A DNA stretch of 63,419 nt, the filler included, from Choristocarpus tenellus KU-1152 (taxonomy: Eukaryota > Protista > Phaeophyceae), in the NCBI GenBank assembly GCA_964200185.2. It is 10 parts of 10 records of this genome, joined end to end, with 100 filler letters (N's around TTAATTAATTAA, not from the genome) between each part and the next. Parts side by side here need not be neighbours in the genome. Positions count along the whole stretch, not along the records: positions 1 to 2,597 come from CAXNAD020026410.1; positions 2,698 to 14,243 come from CAXNAD020002264.1; 8 more parts are not named here. One strand, given 5' to 3'. The first letter of the stretch is position 1, and every line of letters starts with the position of its first letter. The translations under genes and the position numbers were made by a program. Below are positions 1-13,264 of this stretch, piece after piece. The notes under the pieces are model-generated. The model saw only the letters and a list, made by a program, of their open reading frames with translations. It was not told where the DNA came from and made no database searches.

Positions 1-68
1 TTCTCCTGACTTCGGGACAAACGCTCTTCCTCTTCTCGACCCCCCCCCCCTCCCAGATACTTTGGGTC
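1..68. mobile_element. MITE family A, right end (partial)
   Basis: C-run followed by CAGATACTTTGGGTC, matching the terminus of complete family A copies. Confidence 0.7.
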
Positions 69-475
69 GTCATTGTAAGATCTCAAAATTGACTTCCTGG
101 GGAAAAATATACCGAAATGGTGCATTTCTTTTGTCCTGAACCCACGAAAGTATTCTTCCCCAACTGATGACCTTCCTCTTTGGAATGACCAGAATTTACA
201 TACCCGGAGCACAGTAATCTGAAGCGCATTATGGTGCTCAGAGTGGTATAATTAGAAAAAGGCAGAAAAAATTCAGCAGAGTATGTGTGATCCAGAGAAT
301 ATATTGAGTTTACACCTACCTTCTACACCCTCAGAACATCATGTAATTGAACTTTCACAAGTCTTAGATTGCATGGGGAGATCTACACCCCTTTCATGCA
401 GTGTTCAAGAGCGGCAGTGGTACCTCTCACCAAGGAAAGGAAGTAGTTGTTGTGCATGATAGCCATGTGCGAAAC

Positions 476-1835
476 CTCCTTGAACATTTCCAGGGCCTCT
501 TTTCCCTCCCCCAGGCACAACTTTACATATGCAGACTCCAGCATTACTTCCCCACAGGAGAGAGTGTCACCCATCTGTGTGAAGTGACATAAAACCACAG
601 GACAGAAATGGGCGTATTCACAACAATCGACGCTCTTGGTTCATATAGGTATATTCACTTTGCGAGGACATGTTACCTCTCCTTTTAGCTCTTGTATATT
701 ATCATTGTTCTCTTTGCTGTGTTGGGCGGTATCTTATGGGTAGATAAAACGATCAAACTGAGGTTTTGGATCCCTCCAAGCTGTGTCTAACTGAAACTTA
801 TGTCTTAAGTTGTAAAGGGTTGCCGCTCAAGTTACCACTGGTTCCTTACGGATATGGGGAAGGTAAAACGGTCAAACAACGGATTTGGTTCCATCCAAAC
901 AAGTGCACAACTGATACTTGTTTGTTGAACTGCAAATATAGTCACTCAAGTCACCACTGAAGCTTTAAGTCTGAAACACAGACGTCTCTTACCACTTAAG
1001 GATAAACTTTCCAACTTCAGGTCTCTGAGAAAGATAGAAATTGATTCATTGTCTCTCCATACGTACCACATTTTTCTATCAACTACGATAAAAAAAAAAA
1101 CGCAGGAGCTAGGCAGTAAAATCCAATGTAGGACTTCGTTTCACAGATAACTTGAGCAAAATTTTCCATCTTTTCATATCCAAACACTAGTGAGAGGAAG
1201 GTTGCCCATCTGGAATCATGTACTTTGAGTACTATAGTATATAGGGGACAAGAAGAAACTACACAGTTGAGGACTTCTAGTCAACTCTATGAGACAGAAG
1301 GTGAGTTTGTCAATTTCCTTTCAACTTGATTTAAACAACACCAAAAATATCCAAATCCATACTCTCTCTACAAGCAAGGTTTAGCATTCTTCGTGAAATC
1401 CGTACATAACAAGATTAGGCATGATGACATGTCTGGAAGCTATTGGCAACATATATTAGCTTCTCGTGAAATTACACAAGCAGATAATCTCAGCCCAACA
1501 TGGGCATGACTCAGACAGCAGCGGTCCCCACAAGTGATACCCCCAATAGTAAAACCTTGAGGAGGCAGCCCATATCGACCTGGCCAGCTTGTGAGTGCTT
1601 GGATCCAACTTGACAGAAGCTTGACAATTTCTTGTAGAAACTAATGTGAATGACAGTGGTTTCCCCTTCCACGCCTTTCATGTGTAAGTACCGAAGGGTT
1701 GACTATTCAGAGTACTAAACGTGCTATGTTCATCACCATTGCCAGGAGGTTGAACGATAGGGTGAATTCCTCCTCTGCATTATCCCACAGCCCCTGTCCG
1801 GCGTTGTAGGAGCCGGATGTGGAGTGCACAAAGGC
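476..1835 (-). CDS. Two internal exons (1737-1835 and 476-574, 99 nt each) of a helical/TPR-like protein, partial
   Basis: AG/GT-bounded phase-0 exons join to AFVHSTSGSYNAGQGLWDNAEEEFTLSFNLLAM|MGDTLSCGEVMLESAYVKLCLGEGKEALEMFKE, with TPR-like G/A/F spacing. Confidence 0.45.
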
Positions 1836-1902
1836 CTGAGTGCGTGGTGAGGGGTGAAGAGATATGGGCAGGTAGAAAACACATGTATATCTAAATGAAT
1901 CT

Positions 1903-2030
1903 GAGTCAAAGTAAAGCGAGAGGTACCCTGGGTTGCATTTTAAGGATGTCAGCATATATGTCCAAAAAATTGACCTTTTTTTCCGAATATGTCGAAATGC
2001 TTCAAACAAAAGAGAAATGGAACCCTCTCA
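1903..2030. mobile_element. MITE family C, degenerate copy
   Basis: GAGTCAAAGTAAAGCGAGAGGTACCCTGGGTTGCATTTT matches the left end of 27992-28152; the right end is decayed. Confidence 0.55.
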
Positions 2031-2176
2031 AGTGAAACTGGGAACTTCATCCATAGAAAAGTGGGTGAATTGCAATAGACTAAAAACTGACTTATAATGC
2101 AAAACGGCCAAGAATTGGGCACCTCTCGTTACGTTGACTCATTTAGGATCGTTTCTATTAAAATCTGCTACATCAA

Positions 2177-2345
2177 GGGTTAAAGTATCTGGGGGGGGGT
2201 GTCGGTGTCCGTTCACCCTTTTTTCGATTTTCACTTATTTGGTGTAATTTGGTCGCACATGTCGGATTTGAAATGTCGGCAAAAAAACGTTGTTTGACAG
2301 AAACGGACGCCCCCTCACAAACCCCCCCCCCAGATACTTTGAGTC
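2177..2345. mobile_element. MITE family A, complete
   Basis: TIRs GGGTTAAAGTATCTG(n) ... (C)nAGATACTTTGAGTC; TSD CAA on both sides. Confidence 0.85.
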
Positions 2346-2597
2346 CAAGACAGCTGTATTTCAACAGTCCTAGACATGTCATTGGGTGACTGAGAGGGAA
2401 CTGTTGGCTGAGATCAATACTCCTCACCACGTTGACTGTGGTTTTGAGGCGATAAATCTTGCACTCCCATTCGTTCTAGAGGGAAGAATACAACCTATGG
2501 CTTGGCATTTCACCACCAATGTAAATTCCCTGAAGTCATTGGTCACTATGTATGCTAGTCCAACGGATTTGAACCAAAGTATCTGGGGGGGTGGGGG

Positions 2598-2697
2598 NNN
2601 NNNNNNNNNNNNNNNNNNNNNNNNNNNNNNNNNNNNNNNNNTTAATTAATTAANNNNNNNNNNNNNNNNNNNNNNNNNNNNNNNNNNNNNNNNNNNN
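2598..2697. other. Artificial contig linker N44-TTAATTAATTAA-N44 (also at 14244-14343, 18019-18118, 21758-21857, 27375-27474, 38642-38741, 43890-43989, 47701-47800, 59093-59192)
   Basis: Identical 100-nt structure occurs nine times; TTAATTAATTAA gives stop codons in all six frames. Confidence 0.97.
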
Positions 2698-3220
2698 GGA
2701 TGCGGTAAAGGCACTTTTCCTTATTTTGGTCCAAATGGACCCCTTGGTGTAGGCCCCCCCCCCCCCTCCCAGATACTTTGGGCCTGTGCTTCATAGCTTG
2801 GTTAGTTGTTCTTCATAGCTTTCTCATTTTGTTATAGAGTGCTCTGATACACACCACGATTCCCTTCTACTTTACAATATCTCCCTCATCAGCATGCCCC
2901 CATCAATAGTGATATAAGAGTAGATTTGAGTTGGTCACACAATGGGTCACACACTGAGCGTATAACAATATATTTGGAAACAGCTACTACCTCGTACATT
3001 GCAATGCAATCCCGTTTTTTTACTTTTAACCTTCCCAAACATGAGGTTTGAGAGGATATGTATGGCTCCGATCATGTATGTCCAGTAGTCTCTTACAAAG
3101 AAAAGGAGGGGAATGAGAAGGGGGGGGTGGGACAGCATTCAGTGGGATGTGGAATTGGATGTGAAGCACATGGGTTGAGACGGAAAGCCTTGGGAAGGAT
3201 TTTGCTGGATCACATTATAC

Positions 3221-6200
3221 CTGCCCATTCGTTTGTCCTTGGCCCAAGCTTCCTGCTCAAGAAGTTCAGTCTTGTGCATATTCCTGAAACTCTGCCTTCG
3301 TGCCATCTCTCCCAAAAGAAAATTGGAGCGGAAGAGCATACTGCTGCGAATGGAGCAGGATTTCCTAGCAAAGGACCAATACCTTGTTGTTGGCAGTTTC
3401 GAATGAAGGGGGTGGAAATGAGAGACAATATTGGAAAGGGAGTGTGAGTAGAGTGTATGTTGGCACCTGGTGTGTAAGAAAGAAGGGTGGGGGTGAATGA
3501 GATGCACGAGGGCAGTGCCAGGAGCATGAGCCGAAACAAGATTGGGGAGAGATGATGGCCTCTATGTTTTCACTCATGGAACAACACCTGAAAAATTGAA
3601 AAGAGGAACGATCGATTTCAAGCCCTCAGCTCTAGTCCCACACTTGCTGAATATGAAATTCTAAGGGACCTTCCCAACCTACTACCATACATATTGCATA
3701 TACTGGTTCTTGTAGTGATTGAAGTGAAGAACTACATCGCTCAAGAAGTGAACGGCTGAAGAAGGCTAAACAGATCGGAGTAATATGAATGCTCTAGTTC
3801 ACATTGGGGAAAGATGACAGTTAACTATATCTGCCCTCCACACATGTTCCTCACCATATTTATCTTCCCATGTCGACCGTGACCCTTGCCTCTCCCCCTT
3901 TCCCACACCTCACCTCAGCACAACAAATGATGTTCGCAGAAAACGTGAGTGTATTTTAAGGCGTATCCACATGCCCCCCTCGGTCCATTTTTTTTTTAAC
4001 AGTCTCTGGCGCTGAAGGCACCCTGCCCACCACGACAGACACAATGCAGCCCTCGTCCGCAGTTTGGTGTGCTCCCTGTGCTTCATCCGCAACATCATGC
4101 GGAGGCCTGCATCAGTGACAAGGTTCCAGGCCCGGAAGTGTCGCAGAAGGCAGTGCTCTTCGTACACATCCTTCAGAAATATTGCCTTACAGTATATCAG
4201 TGGACGGCATAGGCAATATAGATGTTAGCAAACGGGGGTAACTTCCCTTTATCTTCCGAATGCTCACCACTCCATTGGAGGGGGGGCAGGTGGCGTTGTA
4301 GAGATGAAGCAAGTGTTGCTTTATGGTGGTGGTTATCGTAGTGTTGTAATGTGCACTTCATTGTGTTCTGTTGTTGTGCAAACAGTTCAGTAGGGTAGGG
4401 TGAGGTGGGGTGAGTGAGATATGGTATATGCAGTCTTGCAATATTTTTCATACTGTGTTTTGTATGGTGTTGTTTTGTGTTGTGGCTGTGCTATGCTGTG
4501 CTTTGCCTTATCTATTGTGTGTTCTGCATCTGATGTCATTTCTGACCTTGTACTCGGGTGCATGCATCAGAAAAGCATTGAAGATGGGGCATAATTCATC
4601 ACAGAAGCCTAAGTGGCAATGGACTGTTTTATGACGGTATCTAATGGGGAATACATAAATTGATACAGTGCCCATTGGGGCTGGGATTGGCCCCGAGTAG
4701 TCCAGGGGAAGGGAGACTTACAAGCTCAATGGAAACGCTACGCTCTAATTCTACAAACAAGGCCAGGGACTTAGGGGAAAGTCCCACTAGAATGAAATGT
4801 GGAGAACGGTGCATGAGTTGATTAGGATCAATTAGGATGAGCGTGGACTAGTTCCATATTTTGGGTGAAGACTGGGAGATTAGCACTCTAAATACAGATC
4901 ATGTACAACATGCGTTCAAGTATGCAAGTAGATTCAGCACACCATTGTAACAAAAGAGTCATGACAAAGTGCCACCTAATTGTTGAGTTTTCTTCAATCA
5001 AGGGGATGGATGACCATGGTGAAAAAAATAACATCCATATACCAACATAATGCACTACATGTTACACTGGTCCAATCGCATCCATTGATCATACAAACTC
5101 ACCCACCCTCTCCATCTCGGTAGAACTTTAGAAAGAACCTGGTAGGCGTATTCAAACAATTTTGTATTTACCACCTCATAAAATCCCGCACTATTCTCCC
5201 TTTCCCCCCACCAACTCCCCACTGCTTCCCCCTCATACTCCCTCAACTTGCCAACTCCTCTGAACCACCTGTCTATTCCAATCCGTTCTAATACCACCCC
5301 CCACCCCCAACAACCAACATCCAACCTTCCAACTCACAACATCCCAGTATAACCCCATTCACCCCTGTCACTCCTGAATCCTAGTAGTAGTACCTTCTCC
5401 TCACTGCTGAAGCAGTGGTTGGTCCACCTTCGCCATACGTACAATGGCCAGTACGTCCCTTGAAAGAGCTCAGTCCTAGCCTTCAACTCCCTTGTCATCA
5501 ACCGCCATTGGAAGAAAGGACGACGGCAATGCCTCATTAAGGTGAGAAGGTCCTGGATTGCCTCCCTCCACCCTAACAACACACCCTTCTTCTGGGCCAA
5601 ACGCATGGCCTTCTCACGCTCCAGAAGAGATTTCAGGGCTGCCCAGGTTGGGGCAAAGGCACGCCGGAAGCCAAGCCCGCGCCAAGTCGCCTGAATTAAT
5701 GGAGACATTGGAGAGTAGGCTATGGAGACAGGGGGTTTGACAGACGTGTAGAACTCTGTGGGGCTCGGAGAGGATATGGACTTAGCAGAGTGGAGGAAAC
5801 ATTTCATACAGCTAACCTGGTCCGAAATTAGGGACTGCTTGGATCAAAGAGGTCTACAGTGATTACGAAGGAATCAGTCTCTGTGCCCAAGGGATTTTAT
5901 GCTGTGAATCTATAATCTCAGTAGCAATGGTAGTGGCATCACTGCCAAACATATTGTTGCTGTTGCATGCTCTCAAGTACAGTTAAGCCAAATGAAAGGA
6001 AAGGGGCTAGCCCTAGCCCACAGCCATGGGTATACCCAATTGTGTGTTCACCACAGTGATGGAAACTGGAATGCAGAATCACTTGTTGTGTTGTCGACTC
6101 AGCTACACAAGTAGGTCCCTAGGTGAGGCTGACCATCATGTTCTACTCTGGGAGTGCCCCAAAGTTATATAGAGGTGTGAGTGAAACGTTGTAGGTTAGT

Positions 6201-9200
6201 CAATATGTAACTTAACTGTACCAGTGGTCACAAGGCCAGGATTTGTTCAAATTTGTACTATTAGTAACCCAAAGGATGGTGATTTGTCATGGTAGAAGCT
6301 GAAAAATTTGCATGTTCTCAACTCTGCTTAACTTTTCAGAATGGGGGATGTAGGAAAAACAAACTCCCACAAGCCCTGTGTTGGACATGCACTCTAAAGC
6401 ACATGGGTACATCCACCTTGCACATGTAATCCTGTGCATATCAAATTTGATGGCACCTGCACCTCTGACACACTTCCTCAGTACTAAATCGGTGTACACA
6501 TCTACACTGCTTGCTATATATACTTGTGCCCAGACCTCAAGAACACATATCTACTCTTAGACGCACATCCTTAGATCATATAGATACACCTCGTTGCTCG
6601 TTTGTGAGACACAAAGGAGTCCTTGAGGAGAATAGAGTCAAAGGGGACCTGAAGGGGTGATATTTGCACCTGAATCCGCTCTGCTGAGTAAGTGCAAAGC
6701 ATCCATGCCGCTTGTGTTGGTGTGAGGGCGTCGAAACCCCTACCATACAGGGTGCAAATCTCTAAGGCTTGCTTTGGCGCCTTGAGCTTGATATGTGTTT
6801 CTCCCTGCGTGGTGGAGTTGTTGCAATTGAGGTTGGGAAAAAGAAAGCCTATTATGCGAGGTTTGGAGGGAGTGCGGTACTGCGTAGGAAGTAGAAATAT
6901 TGAGTAAAATAATGTGGAGTGTTTGGGCCAACCCCTGTGCCTTCTTCTCATACACTAAGATTGTTTCCTAGTAGATCTTTCAGGTTTAATCAATGTGATA
7001 GTGGGCCCTGCATCGCACACACTGCTAGTTGTTTCTGCAGTGTACAAGCATGGATTTTCATTGGTCATTGAAAGGTACACCCCACTGAGAGAGATAAATC
7101 AAGTGTAGTGGCTCTATCAGTGTGTGTCCACACTACCGTTGTTGTGCCACTTCTCCCCACCTTTGCATCTGTCATTAGCTTCTACTCTGGAGCACCACTT
7201 TTTTTTTCCAGCAGTGTTCACTCTCATTCTGTCAGGGTGGAGATAGTGGAAGCAAAAGCTCAATCCTGCAACAACAGCAGAAATTTCTTTGAAACAGAAA
7301 TACACTTCTAAGTATGTGTATGCATATATAAGAAATTCAATTAGTAGGCTACCACCCTTACTCTAATGCTCCTCTCCACCTCAGGGAGGGGTTTGGGGTT
7401 AGAGTTCAGGTTAGGGTTAGGGATGGTGCGTACTCAGGAGAACATACCTTCACCCAAGGCACCTCAGCTGCCTTCCTCTCAGCAAGAGTCAAATGGGCTA
7501 TGGCTCCCGCCTGGAGCACGTGATAGAGACTTTGGAGCGCAACATCCCTTTCTGGCATTCCACCTGGAGGTTCAAAATCGGAGGAGAGTGCCCCCCTAAC
7601 CTCCAATATGACATCTGCTCTGCGTCTTGCCTTGGGGAAAAGGTATGGAGGTATCAAACAAAAGTGGGAATCAGGATCTCTCTTCTAAGTTCCTTCTTTT
7701 AATCTATATTTCTTGGAGCTATAGGACTGGAGTGTTCGCTTATTTTTGTTGGGCAGAAATCTTCAAGGCTTAGGTTAGGGTTGAGAAATAGAAGTGAGGT
7801 AGGGGATTTGGACACTGTGCTTCAAGAAATGTTTGTTTTTCTATTTTTCGTTGTCAGTTCACAGAAAGTTGTGTTGTGCACACTAAAATGTCTGATATTT
7901 ATTTTTTTCCCTCTATGTTGTACTTTTTATTAAGGCGAGGATTAGGGTTTAGAGCATCGCCTGCCTGTGGGGTAGTGTTCTTTCTTCCTGTGATGGCCGC
8001 ATTGCTTACACAAGTGGAACAAGGTGGTTTCAAGTAATATAGAGGGGCTAAATAAACCTTTCAAAACACTGTTCTACTCCCAAAATACCATACCAACATT
8101 GCTGCCTCCCACATGCCATGCCGGGGATCGGACACTCAGTTTCACAACCAGTTTGTGGGAAAACAATGACGACCGACAAGTGCTACATATCCCATACTTG
8201 GTCCACCCCACATCCCTACTGACCCCCTCTTCTGTTGTCCTTTCTTCCTCCCCTGCCTTCCATGGGGTCCTCACCATTGAATGTTCAAACATCTGCCTCT
8301 TGGTGGCATGCCACTCCGATTTCTTCTCCTGTAACCCTTGGTCCCGCTTCACACATGCCTCCAATACATGTGCATTGGACTCTCCAAAGAACGCCTTGTG
8401 GACCTTGAGAAAAACGAAAGAAACGAGATCTGGAAGAATTGGCGGTGTGGCGGAAAGAAACTTCTGGCAGCAGAAACGACAATGTTGTAACTGTCAGGAG
8501 TTTTGACAAACTGCAGAGCAAGCTTCTACTAACAAACAATGTCACCTTCTCAGCTTCATGGGTGTCACTTGTACACTGTATTGCGTCCCAGTTGTCACCT
8601 GTCCATATGTCACAAAGTCTGTGGGGGTGCATGTTTCATGTTCTTCGCGTCCTTCTCTGTCCCTAGCATCCCACACAGGGTCAGCAGGATCCTTGCCTAG
8701 AGCACTGTCTGCTCCTTCAACCCTCTTGATACCCCTTCCCTCTGTTTGAAGCTCTGCTCACATGAAGGGGTGGCTGAATGTCAGCACTGCAGCGAATGTT
8801 GTGTTGATGTAAACTAGAGCTATGGCAATCGCGTCAACCCCTCAAATACTTTGAAGTGTTGTTGACTGGTTTGTCTTCGCTTTTGGTTTAGTGTGTTTCT
8901 TGCTGTGATGCTCTATACCTGCACCAAAAGACAACAGAAAAAAACACAAATGAAGTAGGCTGCCTTATGACCATTGCACATCAATCCACTGTAACCACCA
9001 TTCCTCAGTCTACCACGATCTCAAACTGACACTCCACGTCAACCCCCACTATGATCCCAGCCTATATTCCCTACCCTACACCAGAGACCTAGAGATATTT
9101 TCCCCGCCCTCTTCTTTGCCCAAAACTACCTACAAGCAGCATACTTGTCCGCAATGGCGACCTTCAGTTGCTCACTTGCCCACTACTTCAACTACAGGAT

Positions 9201-12200
9201 CTACCTTGAATGAACTGATTCAGCTTGAGGAATATGCAATCAGCCTCCTCAGTGGATAGATTGAGGGCAGAGCTTGAAAACAGCTCCCGAAGTGAGAGCA
9301 AGGATATCGCTTTTTTTTCATCCACCTGAGAAGGGGCTGCCGGGATGCCCTGGAGCATACGGAAAAGGAACTGTCACAAGTGTAATTGTCTACATGAACA
9401 TGAAATTCACACAGTGTTATTGACAGTCCCACTCATCTACCACTGCATCTATATCGTCCTTATTGCACAATAACAAACCTACCCTTGTGCATTCTGTGCT
9501 GGTGGGAAAGCAACAACTCAAAATTATGATATTTTATGAGTGGACTGCACTGTGGGCGACGAAGATTCCAGGAGGGCCTCAGTTTGGCTTCAGCTATGCT
9601 CAGAACAGTGGTGCTCATCCCAACTGGACCCATTGTCTTCTGCCTGTTGCTTCCCTTCAGCTGAATGTGTGATAGCCAGAACAGTCTCCCCTGCCTTCCC
9701 CCCTGCTCTCCAACTTACTTCACTTCTTATTCCAGGAAAGACACTCTGCCTTCTGGTGCAATCCTACCTCTTCCTCGCAGTCCTGGAAGCCTACACCAAA
9801 GGCTTCAGTGACCTCATTCCAGCCCTTCACAAGCTTTAAAATGGCAACACGCCCAATGTGATCCTTCAGGTGACTCAGTTCCACTCTGGTGTGCAGGGAA
9901 GGAACTGTACGATTAGTGCGTGACATAACCGATTCATGCTTTCCTGCTGCCTTCCACCTCGACCTAAGGCACACCAACAAGCACAAGGAGAGCACAGAAC
10001 AGAAAAGAGGGATTGGAGGGACACACACTATCCCATGCTGAGGGTTAGGGAGTAAAGTACACTCTTTACGTGCATGTACTTTGTTGTATGGCAATCTTGA
10101 AAGTCCAAGTCGCATCCTTCGAAGGATGAAAAATATTGACAAAATAAAATAATAAAACAGAAAAAACAGTACTTAGCTTCTTGCATTAGCCCTTTCTCTC
10201 GAAAAGAATAGACTATGGAGTATTGGTATGTTGGATGAGAAGGGTACACATGAACGCCCCCAACTCCAAGCCCACTAAGGGCACAGGATTGTTGACAGCT
10301 ATGCAGGAAAGTCGGACAACTGCACAGGCATAGGCTGAAGGAGAAATTGCTTGTCCCCTTGATTCTTTCCTCTACTCCTTCCTGAAATCTGAGCCCTCTA
10401 CATTCCCACCCCCTACCTTCTCCACTTTACACTCCACTCTGCGTCCCTCTTCTTATCCCACTTTTCACGCCTAGCCATCTTCCTGTCATGCTTACTTCAG
10501 GGAATCAGGATTTAGGGCGCCCATGAGTTTCACACCTTACATGGTTGGCTTTTGCAGTACTTCATACCTCAGAGGAAATGCGGGAAATCATAACCGCAGT
10601 GCAAGATGGAGCAGCCATCAGTGAGGAGAAAGAAGCCCTGGCTGGTCAAGACATTTCTCTTACTCTGTCCCCTTTAATTATTTTTTTTGCACACACACAG
10701 ACACTCTCACAGTGATGTGTGTCAACCGATTCTCCAGAGTCTGATTCTATCAGTAGAATGGGAGCACTCCTATCATCATACAGTCATCAAAGTGTCTCAG
10801 AAGAGGCAGGGCGAGGGCATGCAAGCGAGCTCAAGTAGCTTTCCCCAGGGGGGGTAGACTTCCTGCTCGAGAGAAATTTCAAGTGAGTGTCGACATCTAT
10901 CCCTGACACATATATAAACACATCACATATGATCTTCAATTGTTGCTGGTCCTCTAGAGCACACTGTAGTACTTGAAATTTCTTGGGTACTTGATGGTTG
11001 CTAATAGGAGCAATTGAGAGAGTGCCAAGAAGATACACCACCACCCTCCATCTGTCACCCAACTAGATGAAGGATTCAAGTATATTTTCTTGATATTTGT
11101 ACCTCTGATGCCACCGAGACTCGGGTACCACAGGAGATGCAGGTTCACCTTCCTTGACCTTGTCACTGCTGACACTCCAAATGCCTTGTTCACTGCCATC
11201 CATATCACTTTGACAATCTGCTGAACGCTTCATGCTGTAGGAGAAAATACAATTGATGGGGGAGTGCAACATGAGGCTTGATAATAGAGCTCTAGTGTCT
11301 ATTGCCATGTCTTTCTTTGGTGTGGCAGGAGGTACAAGCATGGGGAAAAGATGACAAAGCCAATACTGATAACGTGATGCCTAGGATCCGATTTCTTGAT
11401 CCAAAGTGAAGCTACCTATCACAAGGGACGTTTTTTCTCAATGTTGGCACAATGTTGCCATAGCTATGTGCTGGGACTGACCGTTTACTGACTAGTCAGT
11501 ACTTTGCAGTCAAGTGCTGTCCACATTGCCCAAATGGGGTTGGGAAGAAAAGAAAACTTTCACTGAAGTTCTATGCTGTTTCAAGGAAGTAGATGTGCAA
11601 GGGTTTGAGGTGTAAATACTAAACATCCAGCAATAAATGCAATACATGACAGCATAATCGATTCCTTTCCATACTATTGATCAAATCATATTGATCCAAA
11701 CCACATATCCCAAATTTGTCGATCATACCCCAATTGCTGTAGTCTTTCTGAACGCTCAAGCACCCTCGATGTTTTCGCTGCATCTGCCATCCAATGCTCA
11801 CAGGTGTTAAGCGGCCAGTTTCCATGATCAGCTAGGCGAACATCACGCGTGATCTTCCGTGAATGAAAGGCCTTCCGTCAAAGATGGGAATCCCAGTTGG
11901 ATTGTTGAGGAAGTACTGGTATCATTAAGAAAAATAGAAGGGAATATGTATTTTTTCATCCAGTATCAATACCAACGGCACAGAGGACGGACTTTCCTTG
12001 AGTGTACTTGGCAAAAATATGGTGCAGTATTGTGACAATACTCAAATTTATTTCTTTGTAAGAGGTAGATCAGATAGGAAAAGGAATTGATACACACGCC
12101 AACCTTGAATTGCTCACCTCGACTGTATGGTTGAGCTCTCGTGGGATGTTAAACCCGTGTGATCCAGAAGAGTGGAGTGGGCGTGGGTCACCTGTGTGAG

Positions 12201-13011
12201 GGAGAAACAGAGCTGATAAATTGCTATCCTTCAATGACCCAATCTGTGCCGCTCTTGATGACGAGACGTAGTGTGTCCATCCTCACTATACCATTGTGGA
12301 TCCTGTGTGACCCTTACCTGACAAAGCCCAGCGTCTACCTAAAGAAGCGTGTGTGGTGTGAGGACGCTTAATTGAGGAACCTAATGGAACTGAAGTCCCC
12401 ACCAACCCGTCATTGGCTGCCTTTGTGCTAGACATAGGAAGGGGTAGAAATCTCTTTGTGCTTCCGCCTCTTCGCTCCCGAGTAAAGCTGATTGGAAGAG
12501 ATCCCACTGTGGAGGATTTCACAAGCAAGTGAAGCAGTAGACGTTTTGAGAAATGGGCAAATACCGTAGTAGTAGTGTCCCGAGATGAACACGGCATTGA
12601 ATTTTTATCAAGCCGTGGTGAATGACCGAAGACCAAATCATGTCTGGACTCTCTTTGTGAAAGGTCTGCTGTATCTTTTTTTCGCAGTAGAATACCATCC
12701 CACGAAAGTAAAATCTACAGCCCGAGCATTTGAGGTGCTTTCAATGCCCTTACCCTCCGGTAGATCTTTCGCCAAGCCATACTTCGCCCTTCCTTTGCTC
12801 AACAACCTTGACACTCGTTTGGTGCTCACTCCAGACAGTTTACAGCGTGACGGGGAAAACGGTGTCTTCTCATCTCTGTTGTAACAAAGATTTTCTATCA
12901 CCATAGGTAGAGGTGAATCATTGCCTGAGTCGACCTCTCGGGTCAGAGAGGAAGCAGTAAGTGATACCTCATGCCTCATGCCTTATACCTCGAAGGTTGT
13001 TGCACCATCAT
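3221..13011 (-). CDS. Large multi-exon gene, IQ-motif and Sfi1-like (Trp-repeat, centrin-binding type) protein; 3' end missing and middle exons only partly resolved
   Basis: Phase-compatible exons 7448-7630, 6670-6780 and 5394-5690 splice to ...SAERIQ|ATWRGLGFRR (IQ motif). Repeated Trp motifs follow (VLLGWR, PFFQWR, LYVWRRW, LLRHFRAW, CLSWW in an exon near 3970-4186). 5' exons from ATG 13011/13008 splice to MMVQQPSRDEKTPFSP.... Confidence 0.55.
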
Positions 13012-13072
13012 CAAGTAGTCGTTGTATATTCCGTGAGATTAATTCGACTCTAATTCTGAATTTTTAGCGACG

Positions 13073-13100
13073 AAAAAAATGAAACGTCAATCATTTTTTT
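13073..13100. promoter_or_regulatory. Inverted repeat AAAAAAATGA-N8-TCATTTTTTT in a putative bidirectional promoter
   Basis: Perfect 10-bp arms in the ~250-bp gap between divergent genes; overlaps TCAATCA. Confidence 0.3.
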
Positions 13101-13264
13101 TTGTAGCCCAATGTCCACAGTCCAACTATCGTTGCAGAATTGGGAGTGGTGATACAACATTTCTCCGCAGACTCTACAAGCCTCCACCTCTGGCACCTGC
13201 AGCTTTCTCTCAAACTATTGCCGCCACTCATACATAAAGAGAACTCTTGCTATCTTCAAGCACC

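Noticed and set aside
2642-2653. Recurrent TTAATTAATTAA palindrome as a biological site
   Set aside because: Always centred in N runs; it is an artificial linker.
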